Assembly: GCF_004010195.1 (NCBI RefSeq)
Contig: NC_057755.1
Coordinates: 10,456,954-10,520,953 of the forward strand
Length of the DNA stretch: 64,000 nt
Source of the DNA: Chiloscyllium plagiosum
Taxonomy: Eukaryota
Direction: 5' to 3'
Of the stretch, positions 12,211-23,445 are shown piece after piece. The number at the start of each line of letters is the position of its first letter. Positions within the stretch are counted from its first letter, which is position 1. Under the pieces are notes generated by a model. It had not been told where the DNA came from. It made no database searches and was given only the letters and a program-made list of their open reading frames with translations. Position numbers and translations under genes: made by a program.

Positions 12211-13848
12211 TGATTGCCCATTGGATGAGAATTAGATAGACTTAACGATTGCCGATTCTCCATTTACGGTTGAAATGATTGAAAATGAATGGAAAGACCG
12301 AAGAAAAGAACATGGAAGCACATTCATTAACTATGTCAAGGAACAACCTCTCCGACAGCTCAACATGTTACTGGGGACCAATGACTCTGAAACAGACAGG
12401 TTTAGAACAACTGTGGTAGTTGGGGAGGCAGGCATTGGGAAAAGTACAATGGTACAGAAATTAATCCAAGATTGGTCACAAGGTAAAATATACCAATCAT
12501 TTAAATTTGTTTTTCAATTCCAATTTCCACGTTTAAATTTAATACACTGGAAGACCAGTCTGACAGCCCTGGTCCGGGAGAACTATCCTTATTTAGATGA
12601 TGCACTGGAACATTTGTGGAAAGAACCTGAAAAGATATTGTTTATGTTAGAAGATTTAGATCAATTTCAGAAAATCATCCATTTCAATGATGCTGAAAGG
12701 AATGCCGAATCCCAACACCAGTGTCTCGATCCTAACTGTTATTGCCTGATCGCGGATGTTGTTCGTTGTCTCATTCAGGGAGAGTGACTGAAGGGTTGCT
12801 CTGTCCTCATCACAAGCCGAACCTGGAAATTCAATTCTTTTGGAATTGCAGGTGTAAATCGAAAAGTACAAATCCTGGGTTTCGCGTCTGATGCAACACT
12901 ACAGTACTTCCACAATTATTTCAGAAATGAACAGACAATGTCACATATAATTAAATACATAAAAGCGAATGACACATTGTATAGAATGTGCTATAACCCC
13001 CTGTTTTGTCTGACCCTCTGCTCATTATTTGAGTCACCACGGCCACAAGGAGTTGAAGAGATGCCTTTGTTCCATACAACCAGCACACAGGCAGTCTCCA
13101 CTTACATCGTTAATCTATTAGGCAGAAGTGGTTACACTCTTGAAAGCTGTTCAGAAGATCTGTTGAAACTGGGAGCTCTGGCTTATGATGGATGCTGCAA
13201 AAATCTTGTGGTGTTTAACAGAAACCAACTTAGTTCCCACAACGTGAACTTTGCCAAAGTTATTACTGTATTAATGATGGAAATTCAAGTTCCAGGCCAC
13301 GAGACAACTGTTTATGCATTTAATCATTTTATTATTCAGCACTTTCTTGCAGCTCTCCACAGAATTCGAACTACAACAGGGAATAAACTATTAGAATCGC
13401 TCAATGCAGAGCACACAACTACTGATGGGAGATTCACACTGTTGTCACGTTTTCTTGTTGGACTTGCCAGACACAATTCAACCACAAAACCTGACTGGAA
13501 AATGACTAATATTGATCCTGCAGTCAGCAAATGTGTGTCTGGTTGGCTCATAAATTATTCCAAAAAATGTGATTCAAATGTGGAAGGCAAGAAATCCGAA
13601 GAGACCTTTTTAAACTTGTTGTACTGCTTTCATGAATTTGGAGATGCACAGCTGATCAGGGACGCATTATCGTCAAGAAATACAATTCAGTTCACGAATT
13701 ATCATCTTAACGTTGCTGACTGTGTGATTCTGTCATCCACATTAATGGCCATTGACAAGTTAGAAGAACTGGACCTGAGATGTTGTGACCTACCGGATGA
13801 AGGTGTACAATTTCTGCTGCCTGTGCTGCATAAATGTAAAACTGTCAG
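12126..13848 (+). pseudogene. NLR (NACHT-LRR, shark NLRP3/NLRC3-like) pseudogene 1, large NACHT exon
   Basis: Acceptor ttcttcatattgaAG|GG at 12125/12126 (phase 1) and donor AG|GTAATT at 13848 (phase 2). One continuous frame: IELRHKDHLQKLT..., Walker A GEAGIGKST (12422-12448), Walker B ILFMLEDLDQ, LKGCSVLITSR, LYRMCYNPLFC, winged-helix YAFNHFIIQHFLAA, first LRR LEELDLRCCDL. Two in-frame stops: TAG 12233-12235 (at the usual Tyr position) and TGA 12785-12787 (at the usual Leu of GELLKG). The ORFs 12275-12787 and 12938-13852 are in the same frame. Confidence 0.93.
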
Positions 13849-14342
13849 GTAATTCATGCATGGAATTCTTAACAGAGAAATGCAAATCAATAAAACTAGT
13901 GACATGGATTGTGAAATGGGGAGCGACAGAATTTGTGTGTTTGGAATTTGATGTTTCATCAGAAACGATAAGCCAGAGATATAACAGATTCTCAATACAA
14001 AGTGGAGATCAATGGATCTTTTTTGAACCAACCTGCCCAGATTTATTGCTGCATACCCTGTGGAGCATATTGATTTTAAACCCATTGTTTTCCCCTTCAG
14101 AGGCAGGGACACAACACTAGCACCACTTGAACTATATGTAATGAACTAAATAATTTCAGGTATGTGTTTCCCTGGCATGCAAGTAAATTAAATAACAAAA
14201 AGAGGGTGACGGAAAAATAATGTCAGGGAACAGTAAGGAAGCATAACGAAATATTGGTTGATTTGAAACAGTCTTTCTGTCCACACCTTTTTGCTTTACA
14301 CATGCTTGTTCAGAAATTGTTCGCTGTTCATGAGGCCCACTT

Positions 14343-15066
14343 CGGTCCTAGGGAGTGTTGATGAACAAAGAGATCTTGGAGTGCACATGCATAGCTCCTT
14401 GAAAGTGGAGTTGCAAGACGATAAGATAGTGAAGAAGGAGGTTTTTTTATTGGTCAGAGTATTGAGTACAGGAGTTGGGAGGTCATGTTGCGGCTGTACA
14501 GGACATTTGTTAGACCACGAATGGAATATTACGTGCAATTCTGGTCTCCTTCCTATCGGAAAGGTGTTGTGAAACTTGAAAGAGTTCAGAAAAGGTTTAC
14601 AAGGATGTTGCCAGGGTTGGAGGATTTGAGCTGTAGGGAGAGGCTGAACAGACTAGGGTTGTTTCCCCTGGATCATTGGAGGTTGAGTGGTAACCTTGTA
14701 GAGGTTTACAAAATTATGAGGGGTATAGATAGGATAAATAGACAACGTCTTTTCCCTAGGGTTGGGTAATCCAGAACTAGAGGGCATAAGTTTAGGGTGA
14801 GAGAGGAAAGATATAAAAGAGCCCCAAGGGGCAATGTTTTCACACAGAGGGTGGTACGTGTATGGAATGAGCTGCCAGAGGAAGTGATGGAGGTTGGTAC
14901 AATTGCAACATTTGAAATGCATCGTTTTGGTACATGAATACGAAGAGTTTGGAGGGATATAGGCTGGGTGCTGGCAGGTGGGACTTGATTGGGTTGGGAT
15001 ATCTGGTAGACATGGATGGGTTGGACTGAAGGGTCTGTGTCCATGCTGTACATCTCTATGACTCTA
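14343..15066 (+). mobile_element. CR1 LINE 3' portion
   Basis: LGSVDEQRDLGV, LYRTFVRPRMEYYVQFWSP, WNELPEEV, ending in ctatgactcta. Confidence 0.92.
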
Positions 15067-16604
15067 TCCATTATCAATCCCCATGTTTTCAGTGCTTTTA
15101 TTTACGTAACTCGTTTTCCTGATCACTCTATTCAGAAAATTCTTGACACTTCTCTGGAGCCGGTGGGACTTAAACCCAGGTAACACATTGCAGGCAGGTA
15201 AGGCAATGAACCCAACTACAACTGATTGACTTAATTGGCCCTGACAGACATGTTCATGTTTAACCACATTGATGTTAGTCTACAGGCATTACCTTTGCAG
15301 TTCAACCCCTGTAGAATGTTAGAAGATCAGATGTGTTTCGTATCTGACACTCTAGTAATTTCCTGTCCACATTAGTAGATGAATATTTATTACAGATATT
15401 AGTAATTGAATTGAAATTCTCAACACTACAGCAGTGAGATATATGACTTTATGCAACTCAGGAATAACTGAGCTTTTGCATTGTAAGGCCCAGAATAAGA
15501 ACGTCATGCTGCATTGCTGCCATTGTTTTTATTTAAATGGTAGCCAGACTTGTGGTATGTAATTGATGGAGTTCATATTTGGAACATTTATTCCAAGATT
15601 TGGAGCAAAAGCAGAATGTTTAGCCCCCCAAGACAGCATTGCTGAAGATCAAAAAACAGTACAGCATAGTATCAGGCCTTTTGGCCCACCCAGACAGCAT
15701 CAAAATGTGAATCCAAAGAGTTTCTTTATGTTGAAGGAAAATGTATAACTGGAGAAAGAATACGACTCCTCAAGGACCTAAGTGTACATGTATGTTTAGA
15801 AACACAGGATTTGGGCGAAGTCATCAATGATTATTTCTGTCTGTGTTTACCATAGAGAAAGGCATGAAGATTTGGGAACTTGAGGCAGCTAGTGGTGATA
15901 CCTTAGGGAGAGTCCAGATGACGTTAGTGGAGGTGTTGGGTGTATTACAATATATGAAGGTGGATAAGTCTCCTAGCGCTGAACAAGATTGATATCAAAG
16001 CCCTGTAAGAGGTTACAGAAGATATTGTGGGGGCCCTGGCTGACAGTGTTGCATCATTGTTAGTTACGGGTGAAGTCCCAGAAGACTAGCGGATAGCAAA
16101 TGTTGTTCCATTATCTAATAAGGGCTGCAAAGGAAAACTGTGGAACTGTAGACCAGTAAGACTAACATTTGGTGTAAGTTCATTACTTGGGAAGATTCTG
16201 AGGGATAAGATATACATGCATTTGAAAGGCAGGGTCCATTGTCTCAGCATGCTCCTGCCCCACTGAACTCATCTCTACCTACCTCGACACTGTCCTATCC
16301 CCCCTAGTCCAGGAACTCCCCACATATGTTCGAGACACCACCCACGCCCTCCACCTCCTCCAAGACTTCCGTTTCCCTGGCCCCCAACGCCTCATCTTTA
16401 CCATGGATATCCAATCCCACTACACCTCCATCCGCCATGACCAGGACCTCCAAGCACCCCGTGTTTTCCTCTCCAGATGTCCCCAACAGTACCCTTCCAC
16501 CGACACTCTCATTCGTTTGGCCGAACTGGTCCTCAACATTAACAATTTCTCCTTCGAATCCTCCCACTTCCTCCAGACCAAAGGGGTAGCCATGGGCACA
16601 CATA

Positions 16605-17377
16605 NNNNNNNNNNNNNNNNNNNNNNNNNNNNNNNNNNNNNNNNNNNNNNNNNNNNNNNNNNNNNNNNNNNNNNNNNNNNNNNNNNNNNNNNNNNNNNNN
16701 NNNNNNNNNNNNNNNNNNNNNNNNNNNNNNNNNNNNNNNNNNNNNNNNNNNNNNNNNNNNNNNNNNNNNNNNNNNNNNNNNNNNNNNNNNNNNNNNNNNN
16801 NNNNNNNNNNNNNNNNNNNNNNNNNNNNNNNNNNNNNNNNNNNNNNNNNNNNNNNNNNNNNNNNNNNNNNNNNNNNNNNNNNNNNNNNNNNNNNNNNNNN
16901 NNNNNNNNNNNNNNNNNNNNNNNNNNNNNNNNNNNNNNNNNNNNNNNNNNNNNNNNNNNNNNNNNNNNNNNNNNNNNNNNNNNNNNNNNNNNNNNNNNNN
17001 NNNNNNNNNNNNNNNNNNNNNNNNNNNNNNNNNNNNNNNNNNNNNNNNNNNNNNNNNNNNNNNNNNNNNNNNNNNNNNNNNNNNNNNNNNNNNNNNNNNN
17101 NNNNNNNNNNNNNNNNNNNNNNNNNNNNNNNNNNNNNNNNNNNNNNNNNNNNNNNNNNNNNNNNNNNNNNNNNNNNNNNNNNNNNNNNNNNNNNNNNNNN
17201 NNNNNNNNNNNNNNNNNNNNNNNNNNNNNNNNNNNNNNNNNNNNNNNNNNNNNNNNNNNNNNNNNNNNNNNNNNNNNNNNNNNNNNNNNNNNNNNNNNNN
17301 NNNNNNNNNNNNNNNNNNNNNNNNNNNNNNNNNNNNNNNNNNNNNNNNNNNNNNNNNNNNNNNNNNNNNNNNNNNNN
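16605..17377. other. Assembly gap (others at 29853-30399, 31725-31768 and 59884-60383)
   Basis: Runs of N, all inside or at the edge of repeats. Confidence 0.99.
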
Positions 17378-17784
17378 AACCAAATCGCCCTGTGGCTCAA
17401 CATTTCAACTCCCCCTCCCATTCTGCCGAGGATATGGAGGTGCTGGGCCTCCTCCACCGCCGCTCCCTCACCACCAGACGCCTGGAGGAAGAACGCCTCA
17501 TCTTCCGCCTCGGAACACTTCAACCCCAGGGCATAAATGTGGATTTCAACAGTTTCCTCATTTCCCCTTCCCCCACCTCATCCTAGCTTCTAACCTTCTG
17601 CAACTCAACTTGTCCGGACTTGTCCGACCTGCCCAGCTCCTTTTCCACCTATCCACTCCACCCCATTTTCCCTGACCTATCACCCTCATCTCCTTCCCCA
17701 CTGACCTATTGTACTCTATGCTACTCTCTCCCCACCCCCACCCTCCTCGAGCTTATCTCTCCATGCTTCAGACTTTCTGCCTTT

Positions 17785-17820
17785 ATTCCTGATGAAGGGC
17801 TTTTGCCCGAAACGTCGATT
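17785..17820 (+). ncRNA. Minimal hammerhead-ribozyme-like motif in the Penelope 3' repeat (best-preserved copy)
   Basis: CTGATGA-A-GGGC-TTTT-GCCC-GAAAC-GTC: both core boxes, a stem II, a palindromic ACGT in place of stem III, and a GUC triplet. Stem I is weak. Confidence 0.65.
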
Positions 17821-18336
17821 TTTCCAGTCCTTGGATGCTGCCTGAATTGCTGTGCTCTTCCAGCACCACTGATCCAGAAATTAATTAGCAGTAGTCAGCA
17901 TGGCTTTATGGGTGGGAGGGCATATCTGACAAATTTATTAGATTCCTTATTGAAGTGACCAGGAAGGTTGGCGTGAGCAGGGTGGCAGTTGTAGTCGATA
18001 TGGGTTTCAGCAAGGCCTTTGATGAGGTTTAACGTGGTAGGTATCTCTGGAAGGTTAGATTATGTGGAACCTAAGGGGAACTGGAAAATTGGATGGGAAT
18101 GTGCAAGTCATGATTAGTAAGTTTTCCGAAGACACTAAGATATATGGTATCATAGCCAGTGAGGAACATTGTCAGTAGTTGCAGCCGGATCTTGACCAGC
18201 TGGGAAACGGCAAATGGATTTTAGATTGGATCAAAGCCAATCTAAGGTAAGGGGATATTTTCTTATTCATTCAATATGAAAATACTGTCACTGTGAATGT
18301 AAATAATCAATCTTTTTTTCCATTTTCTATCAAAGA

Positions 18337-18635
18337 CCACTTACAGTGTGGAAACAGGCCCTTTGTCCCAACAATTCCACGCTGACACGCCGAAGCTCAA
18401 CCCTTCCAGACCCATTCCCCTACACCTAAAACTATTGACAATTTAGCATGGCCAATTCACCTGACCTGCACATCTTGGGACAGTGGGAGGAAACCGGAGC
18501 AACCAGAGGAAACCAGAGCACCCATATAATGTGGAAACTCCACACAGTCAGTCGCCTGAGACGGGAATTGAACCCGGGTCTCTGGCGCTGCGGGGGTGGG
18601 CCGCAGTCTTAACCACTGTTCCACCGTGCCGCCGA
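18337..18635 (-). mobile_element. HE1-type tRNA-derived V-SINE
   Basis: Minus strand reads ggcggcacggtggaacagtggtt...gacccgggttcaattccc (A and B boxes), then the central V domain and a CR1-like tail. Confidence 0.88.
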
Positions 18636-19479
18636 CTTCACTGCTGATAAGTATGAGATGTTGCATTTTGGCAAGTCAAACCAAGGTAGGAGTTTCATAG
18701 AGAATGGTAAGGCCTTACGGAGTATAGTGGAATGGCGGACTTTGGAGTTCAAGTGAGTACTCTCTGAAAATGAAGTCAGCGACAAACAGGACGGTGAAGA
18801 AGGTTTTTGGCATACTGATATTCATCAGTCACTGCAATAAGTATAGAAGTTGGGAAGTCATTTCTCAGTTGTGCAGGCCGTTGGTGTGGCCAATTTGGAG
18901 TATTGTGTTCAGTTTTTGTCACCTTGCTATAGGAAAGATGTTACTAAACTGGAAAGAATGTGGAAAAAAATTATAAGGATGTTGTCAATACTCAACAGTC
19001 TGAGCTATAGGGAGAGGGAGGACAAGATCAGACATTTTACATTAGAGTGTAGGAGCCTGAGGGGGGCATTTTAAACAGCTCTGTAAGATCATAACAGTTT
19101 TGTTTAAGTTGAATGCAGTCTTTTTCCCAGGGTTGGGAATTGAGAACTAGATGGCAAGAGTTTAAGGTAAGCGCAGAAGTAATAAACAGAAACCTGAGGG
19201 ACAAACTTTTTCAAAAGAAAAGAGGGTGGCATACATATGAAATGAGCTGCCAGTGGAAGTGGTTGAGGTGGGTAAATTAACAATATTTTAGGGCATTTGG
19301 ACAAATACATGGATAGGAAAGGATTAGAAGGATATTGGCCAAGTGCAGGGAAATGTGGTTAATGTGGATGAACATTTTGTTTGGCATGAACCAGTTTGTG
19401 CCAAAGGGCTTGTTTCTGCGCCGTAAAACTGTACAACATGATTACACTATAGCTGTAATAAAAGACACCTCAATGCAGA

Positions 19480-19790
19480 ACCTTTGCCTCTAAGTGGTCC
19501 TCACCACTCTATTTCTTTTGTATTTATGCCTCCATCAAGATGACTCTCAAATGCTGCCATTGTATCTGCCACCACTATCTCCTCTGGCCGTGCATTCCAG
19601 ACACTTTCCACACTTGTGTAAAGAAAACCCTGCCTCACACATCTCCTTGAAACAACCTCATTTACTTTAAAACCATATCCCCAAATGACTGACATTCTCA
19701 CTCTTCATTTCTAGACTCTGACTATCCATCTCTCCATGCCTCTCATAATTTTGTAAATTATAATTAGGTCGCCCCTCATCCTTTGTCAAT
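19480..19790 (-). mobile_element. Old CR1 3' remnant
   Basis: Minus strand gives SVWNARPEEIVVADT...FESHLD. Confidence 0.65.
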
Positions 19791-20210
19791 GCCTCATCTG
19801 TAAATTTTCCTTTCCCTAGCTAACGTTTTGGTCCTTATGCTTGTATAAAACCACTTGGGATTTTCCTTAATCCTATTTACCAATGATTTTTCATGGCCCC
19901 TTTCAGAATTCCTAATTCCTGATGCTGTTGAGTAATACCTTGGATAATCCTTTTACCACCTCATTTCTAGGTTTATACTTGCTCCAACAAGTCGCTTCCT
20001 ACTCAGCAAACTATTATCAGCTGTCAAATTAGGGTCAATATTCTTCTTCCACCACTCTACCAGCTTCTGAGTTCTAAAAACTCATGTTCATGTTTCTTTG
20101 ATAGAAAATGGAAAAAAAGATTGATTATTTACATTCACAGTGACAGTATTTTCATATTGAATGAATAAGACAATATCCCCTTACCTTCAGATAGTTTCCA
20201 TATTTGTTAT

Positions 20211-20412
20211 TGAAATGTGTTGCTGGAAAAGCGCAGCAGGCCAGGCAGCATCTAGGCAACAGGAGAATCGACGTTTCTGGCATTAGCCCTTCTTCAGGAT
20301 AATGCCCAAAACGTCGATTCTCCTGTTCCCTAGATGCTGCCTGACGTGCTGCGCTTTTCCAGCAACACATTTGCATCTCTGATCTCCAGCATCTGCAGAC
20401 CTCACTTTCTCC
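20211..20412. mobile_element. Short palindromic Penelope-derived element with a 14-bp target-site duplication
   Basis: Inverted arms of about 75 bp. tccatatttgttat occurs at 20197-20210 and 20413-20426. Confidence 0.88.
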
Positions 20413-20575
20413 TCCATATTTGTTATCCCAGGCCAGAGGCTGCTTCTTGCTCTCCAGCACGTGTTAAACCAATTGATGCAGGTGATCATATAGGAATCCA
20501 AACATACACTGCATTTCCAGCAGCTACATTGACAGTTCATCTGAAGGATTGCACAAGTGAATCAACAGTGCAAAT

Positions 20576-20925
20576 GGGCAACACGATGGCTCAGTGGTCA
20601 GCACTGCTGCCTCACAGCACCAGGGTCTCGGGTTGGATTCCCTCACCCTCAGGCAACTGTCTGTGTACATTTTGCACATTCTCCACGTGTCTGTGTGGGA
20701 TTCTTCCTGGCTCTTGTTTCCTCCCATAGCCCAAAGCTGTGCAGCTTAGGAGGATTATCCACACTAAATTATACATAGTGTCCAGGGATGTGTCAGTTAA
20801 TTTGCCTTGATAGGTGCAGGATTACAAAGATGGGATACGGGTTTGGGACTGGGTGGAATGTTCTTTGGAGGTATCAAATGGACTACTTCCACATTGTTGG
20901 GATTACATTGTTCTATAATGGTTCT
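20576..20925 (+). mobile_element. HE1-type SINE
   Basis: gggcaacacgatggctcagtggtcagcactgctgcctcacagc head followed by the V domain. Confidence 0.85.
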
Positions 20926-22354
20926 ATGAACTGGTGAGTTGCGGATGAACGATGAATAGTGTGTCCATTGGGTGGGGTCAAGGGGAACGAGGTGTCTTAT
21001 AAACAAGTGATTGGGCTGCCAATTGGACAATAGGGGAATGGAGATGGGAAATGTCAGAATGTAGGGAAACAATGTGCTACATCAGTGGACGGGAGCATAG
21101 GGCTTGCTGGTGTGGATACAGGGTCACATAAGAGGAAGTATGTCAGATCTGGAGTTGGGGTGGGGATGGTAGGTCAAAGATGGATAGATGTTGGTCTCTC
21201 TGGAATGGTTATGGTACTGGGGTGCTGCTGACAAATGATGGGATAACATGGTGTGTGTTGGAGGTGTGGACGGGTGTTTGTCATTCAGTGACTGGTTTAT
21301 TCAGGAGAAAAGAATGTGGCATTTCTCGCCCGACAAAGGTGATCTCAGAGTCAGAATAGTGTAGGGTTTGATGGCAGACAGAGTCATCCTGTCTAGTTGT
21401 TGGGTCCAAGGGTGTTTAAGTCAGATTGTGTGGGTGGTGTGAGGGTGGTTAGATGGGTGGGGGAGTTATATCTATGGCCATGGTGTAGAGCTGGGTGTGT
21501 TAGTCATGAGTCAGTGTTTCAGTTTAATATTTACCGAAGTTTTAGAATTGGCTTTTCATCCTCTTTTGGCTATCTGTGAAGCTAAGTGAACTGGAATCCT
21601 TCCAAGTCACTGGTGATAAGAAACTTTCTTCAGAGGCTACCTGACACACAGAATTTGTCTGTTAGAAATTCCCATTTCTTGTCACTTCCATCAGTCAACT
21701 TCATCAGTAAGTTCATATGGTTCAGATAATACCTCCAATCTGTCTTGAGGCGATAATTTGTTCTTTCGTTAAAATATTTGGGCTTTCAGTTCATAGATTA
21801 ATTTGAGCCAAAATCATTTACATTTAAAGTGCCATATCTTTCCGCAAAACTGTTTATACATTTGCCTATTCCCAACAGACCCAGTCAGTGCAATCAACTG
21901 GCTTCACCAAGTTACCACAACTTCACGCAATCTTGAAAATTCAGATTTCTGTTTTTAATTATAACTATGCCTTTGTAATGACTACCCGAACACACAAATT
22001 TATTTCTGTCAGTTTGCGCAGTCAGTTTGTCTGTGTCCTCTGAAGGACAGTAAGGTGATGAGAATATATCGCACTTATAGGAGGCGATATGAAGTTAATG
22101 TCGCCCAGACATTAACAACAAGTTTAGAGTGAGTAATATTGCTCACAATAACAAACTTCACTAACATATTATAATGCTAATCTCAAGTTCCAATTTATTT
22201 TAAACAAATATAATACAGAAATTGGAAAATGTCAGTATAATGAAACCAATTTTCTGCTGGCAGTTTAAATTTGATAATTATGAGAAAATCTTGCACACTT
22301 GAGAATAATATCCATGTTGGTGTTTTTGCTCTCTCTGATATTTGATCACTGTAG

Positions 22355-22549
22355 GTTAAAGTCAAACAGTCTCACAGATGATTGTTTCGGAATGTTGGTC
22401 TCAGCTCTCCAATCAAACAATTCACTGACTGAGCTTGACCTGAGCAATAAGTTTCAATGTGATGCTGATCACTCTAGCAGTCTGACTGAGAAACGTTATC
22501 TTTCACTGCATCTTCTCATCCACAGCAAGGCTTGGCTGATGAAAATCCA
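22355..22549 (+). pseudogene. NLR pseudogene 1, LRR exon (195 nt, phase 2-2)
   Basis: Pyrimidine tract plus tgtAG acceptor. Encodes (R)LKSNSLTDDCFGMLVSALQSNNSLTELDLSN..., a ribonuclease-inhibitor-type LRR. Phase matches the NACHT exon donor. Donor CA|GTGACT. Confidence 0.85.
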
Positions 22550-22775
22550 GTGACTTGTCAGCTCAGATATTTAATCATATAAATGTTATTTCAAAGGTGA
22601 AAAAGGAATCAAATTCTTCATGTTATTTATAATGGATAGGTTTCTGAAACACGTCTAATTTCATGGAAAAACTGATGCTTCATAAGATATTGAAGCAAGT
22701 TTAAGTTTGAGTGTTTTTAAGAAGCAAATAGACAAATGGATTATTAATTATTCTCTTGTTTTCCATGTCTTTCAG

Positions 22776-22824
22776 ATTGCCAAACAATGATTTACCTGCA
22801 AAGCAATGTATCGTTCTGAATTGA
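22776..22824 (+). pseudogene. NLR pseudogene 1, putative terminal coding exon (Q)LPNNDLPAKQCIVLN*
   Basis: Strong acceptor ttctcttgttttccatgtctttcAG. The phase-2 join gives an LxxNxL half-repeat followed by TGA at 22822-22824. Confidence 0.6.
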
Positions 22825-22919
22825 GTCCACACATTGCATCATTTGACAGTGTTTCCAAAGGGACTGATTGCCTATCATGATTCTTTTTAAATTGATCAAC
22901 ATTTTTAAATAATAGACTT

Positions 22920-23445
22920 TAAGATTTACAGTAAAGAAGAAGGCCATTCGATCCATCATGTCTGAGCCAGCTTCCAAAAGAGCTACGCAGTTAGCCCCAT
23001 TCTCGCACACTATCCCCATCGCCCTCTTAATTCATCACTTTCAAATATATACCCAGCTTTGTTTTGGAAACTCCTCTGCCTCCAGCAATCTCTCAGGCAG
23101 CACATTCTGAATTGTAACAACTCTCTGAGTAAGTTTTTTTTTTCCTCATTTCACTCTCAGCACGCTTGCTGACAAACTTGAAGTTGTGACCCCTAGGTAC
23201 TGATTTATGCATTAATTATAAAAAAGTACCATACTTTACCCTGTCAAAATTGTTCATATTTTTGAACATCTCAATAAGGTCATGTCTTAATCGTGTGCAC
23301 ATCAAACTGAATACAGCCAGTTTCAATTATACTTACTGATATCAAAAATCTCATATTTCTGGGATCATTGGTAAATCTCCTGCACACTCTTTCCAGTGTT
23401 TTAACATATTTCCTTAAATAAGATGTCTAGAACTGAACGCACGAA
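22920..23445 (-). mobile_element. Old CR1 3' remnant
   Basis: aaggccattcgatccatc tail signature and a degenerate C-terminal region. Confidence 0.6.

Larger units (their letters stand above)
16233..17879 (+). mobile_element. Penelope-like element spanning an N-gap
   Basis: MDIQSHYTSI, HFLQTKGVAMGTH (RT), AQHFNSPSHS...RLGTLQPQGIN (GIY-YIG end), and a 3' tail with a hammerhead-like motif. Confidence 0.93.
15790..19440 (+). mobile_element. CR1 LINE with nested insertions (Penelope 16233-17879, templated 93-mer 18244-18336, SINE 18337-18635)
   Basis: RT motifs (KSP, ANVVPL, YRPV, SQHGF, DFSKAFD, LEYCVQF) continue collinearly across the inserts. Confidence 0.85.

Noticed and set aside
12785..12787. 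TGA as selenocysteine or programmed readthrough in the NACHT exon
   Set aside because: The position is normally Leu, a TAG also interrupts the same exon, and I see no SECIS-like element.
12126..13848. Assigning the symbol NLRP3 or NLRC3
   Set aside because: No effector domain is visible, and shark NLR expansions are lineage-specific, so orthology cannot be claimed from sequence inspection.
16304..17536. Long ORFs of 180-377 aa here and at 29744-30418 and 59747-60416
   Set aside because: These are artefacts of translating N-gaps.
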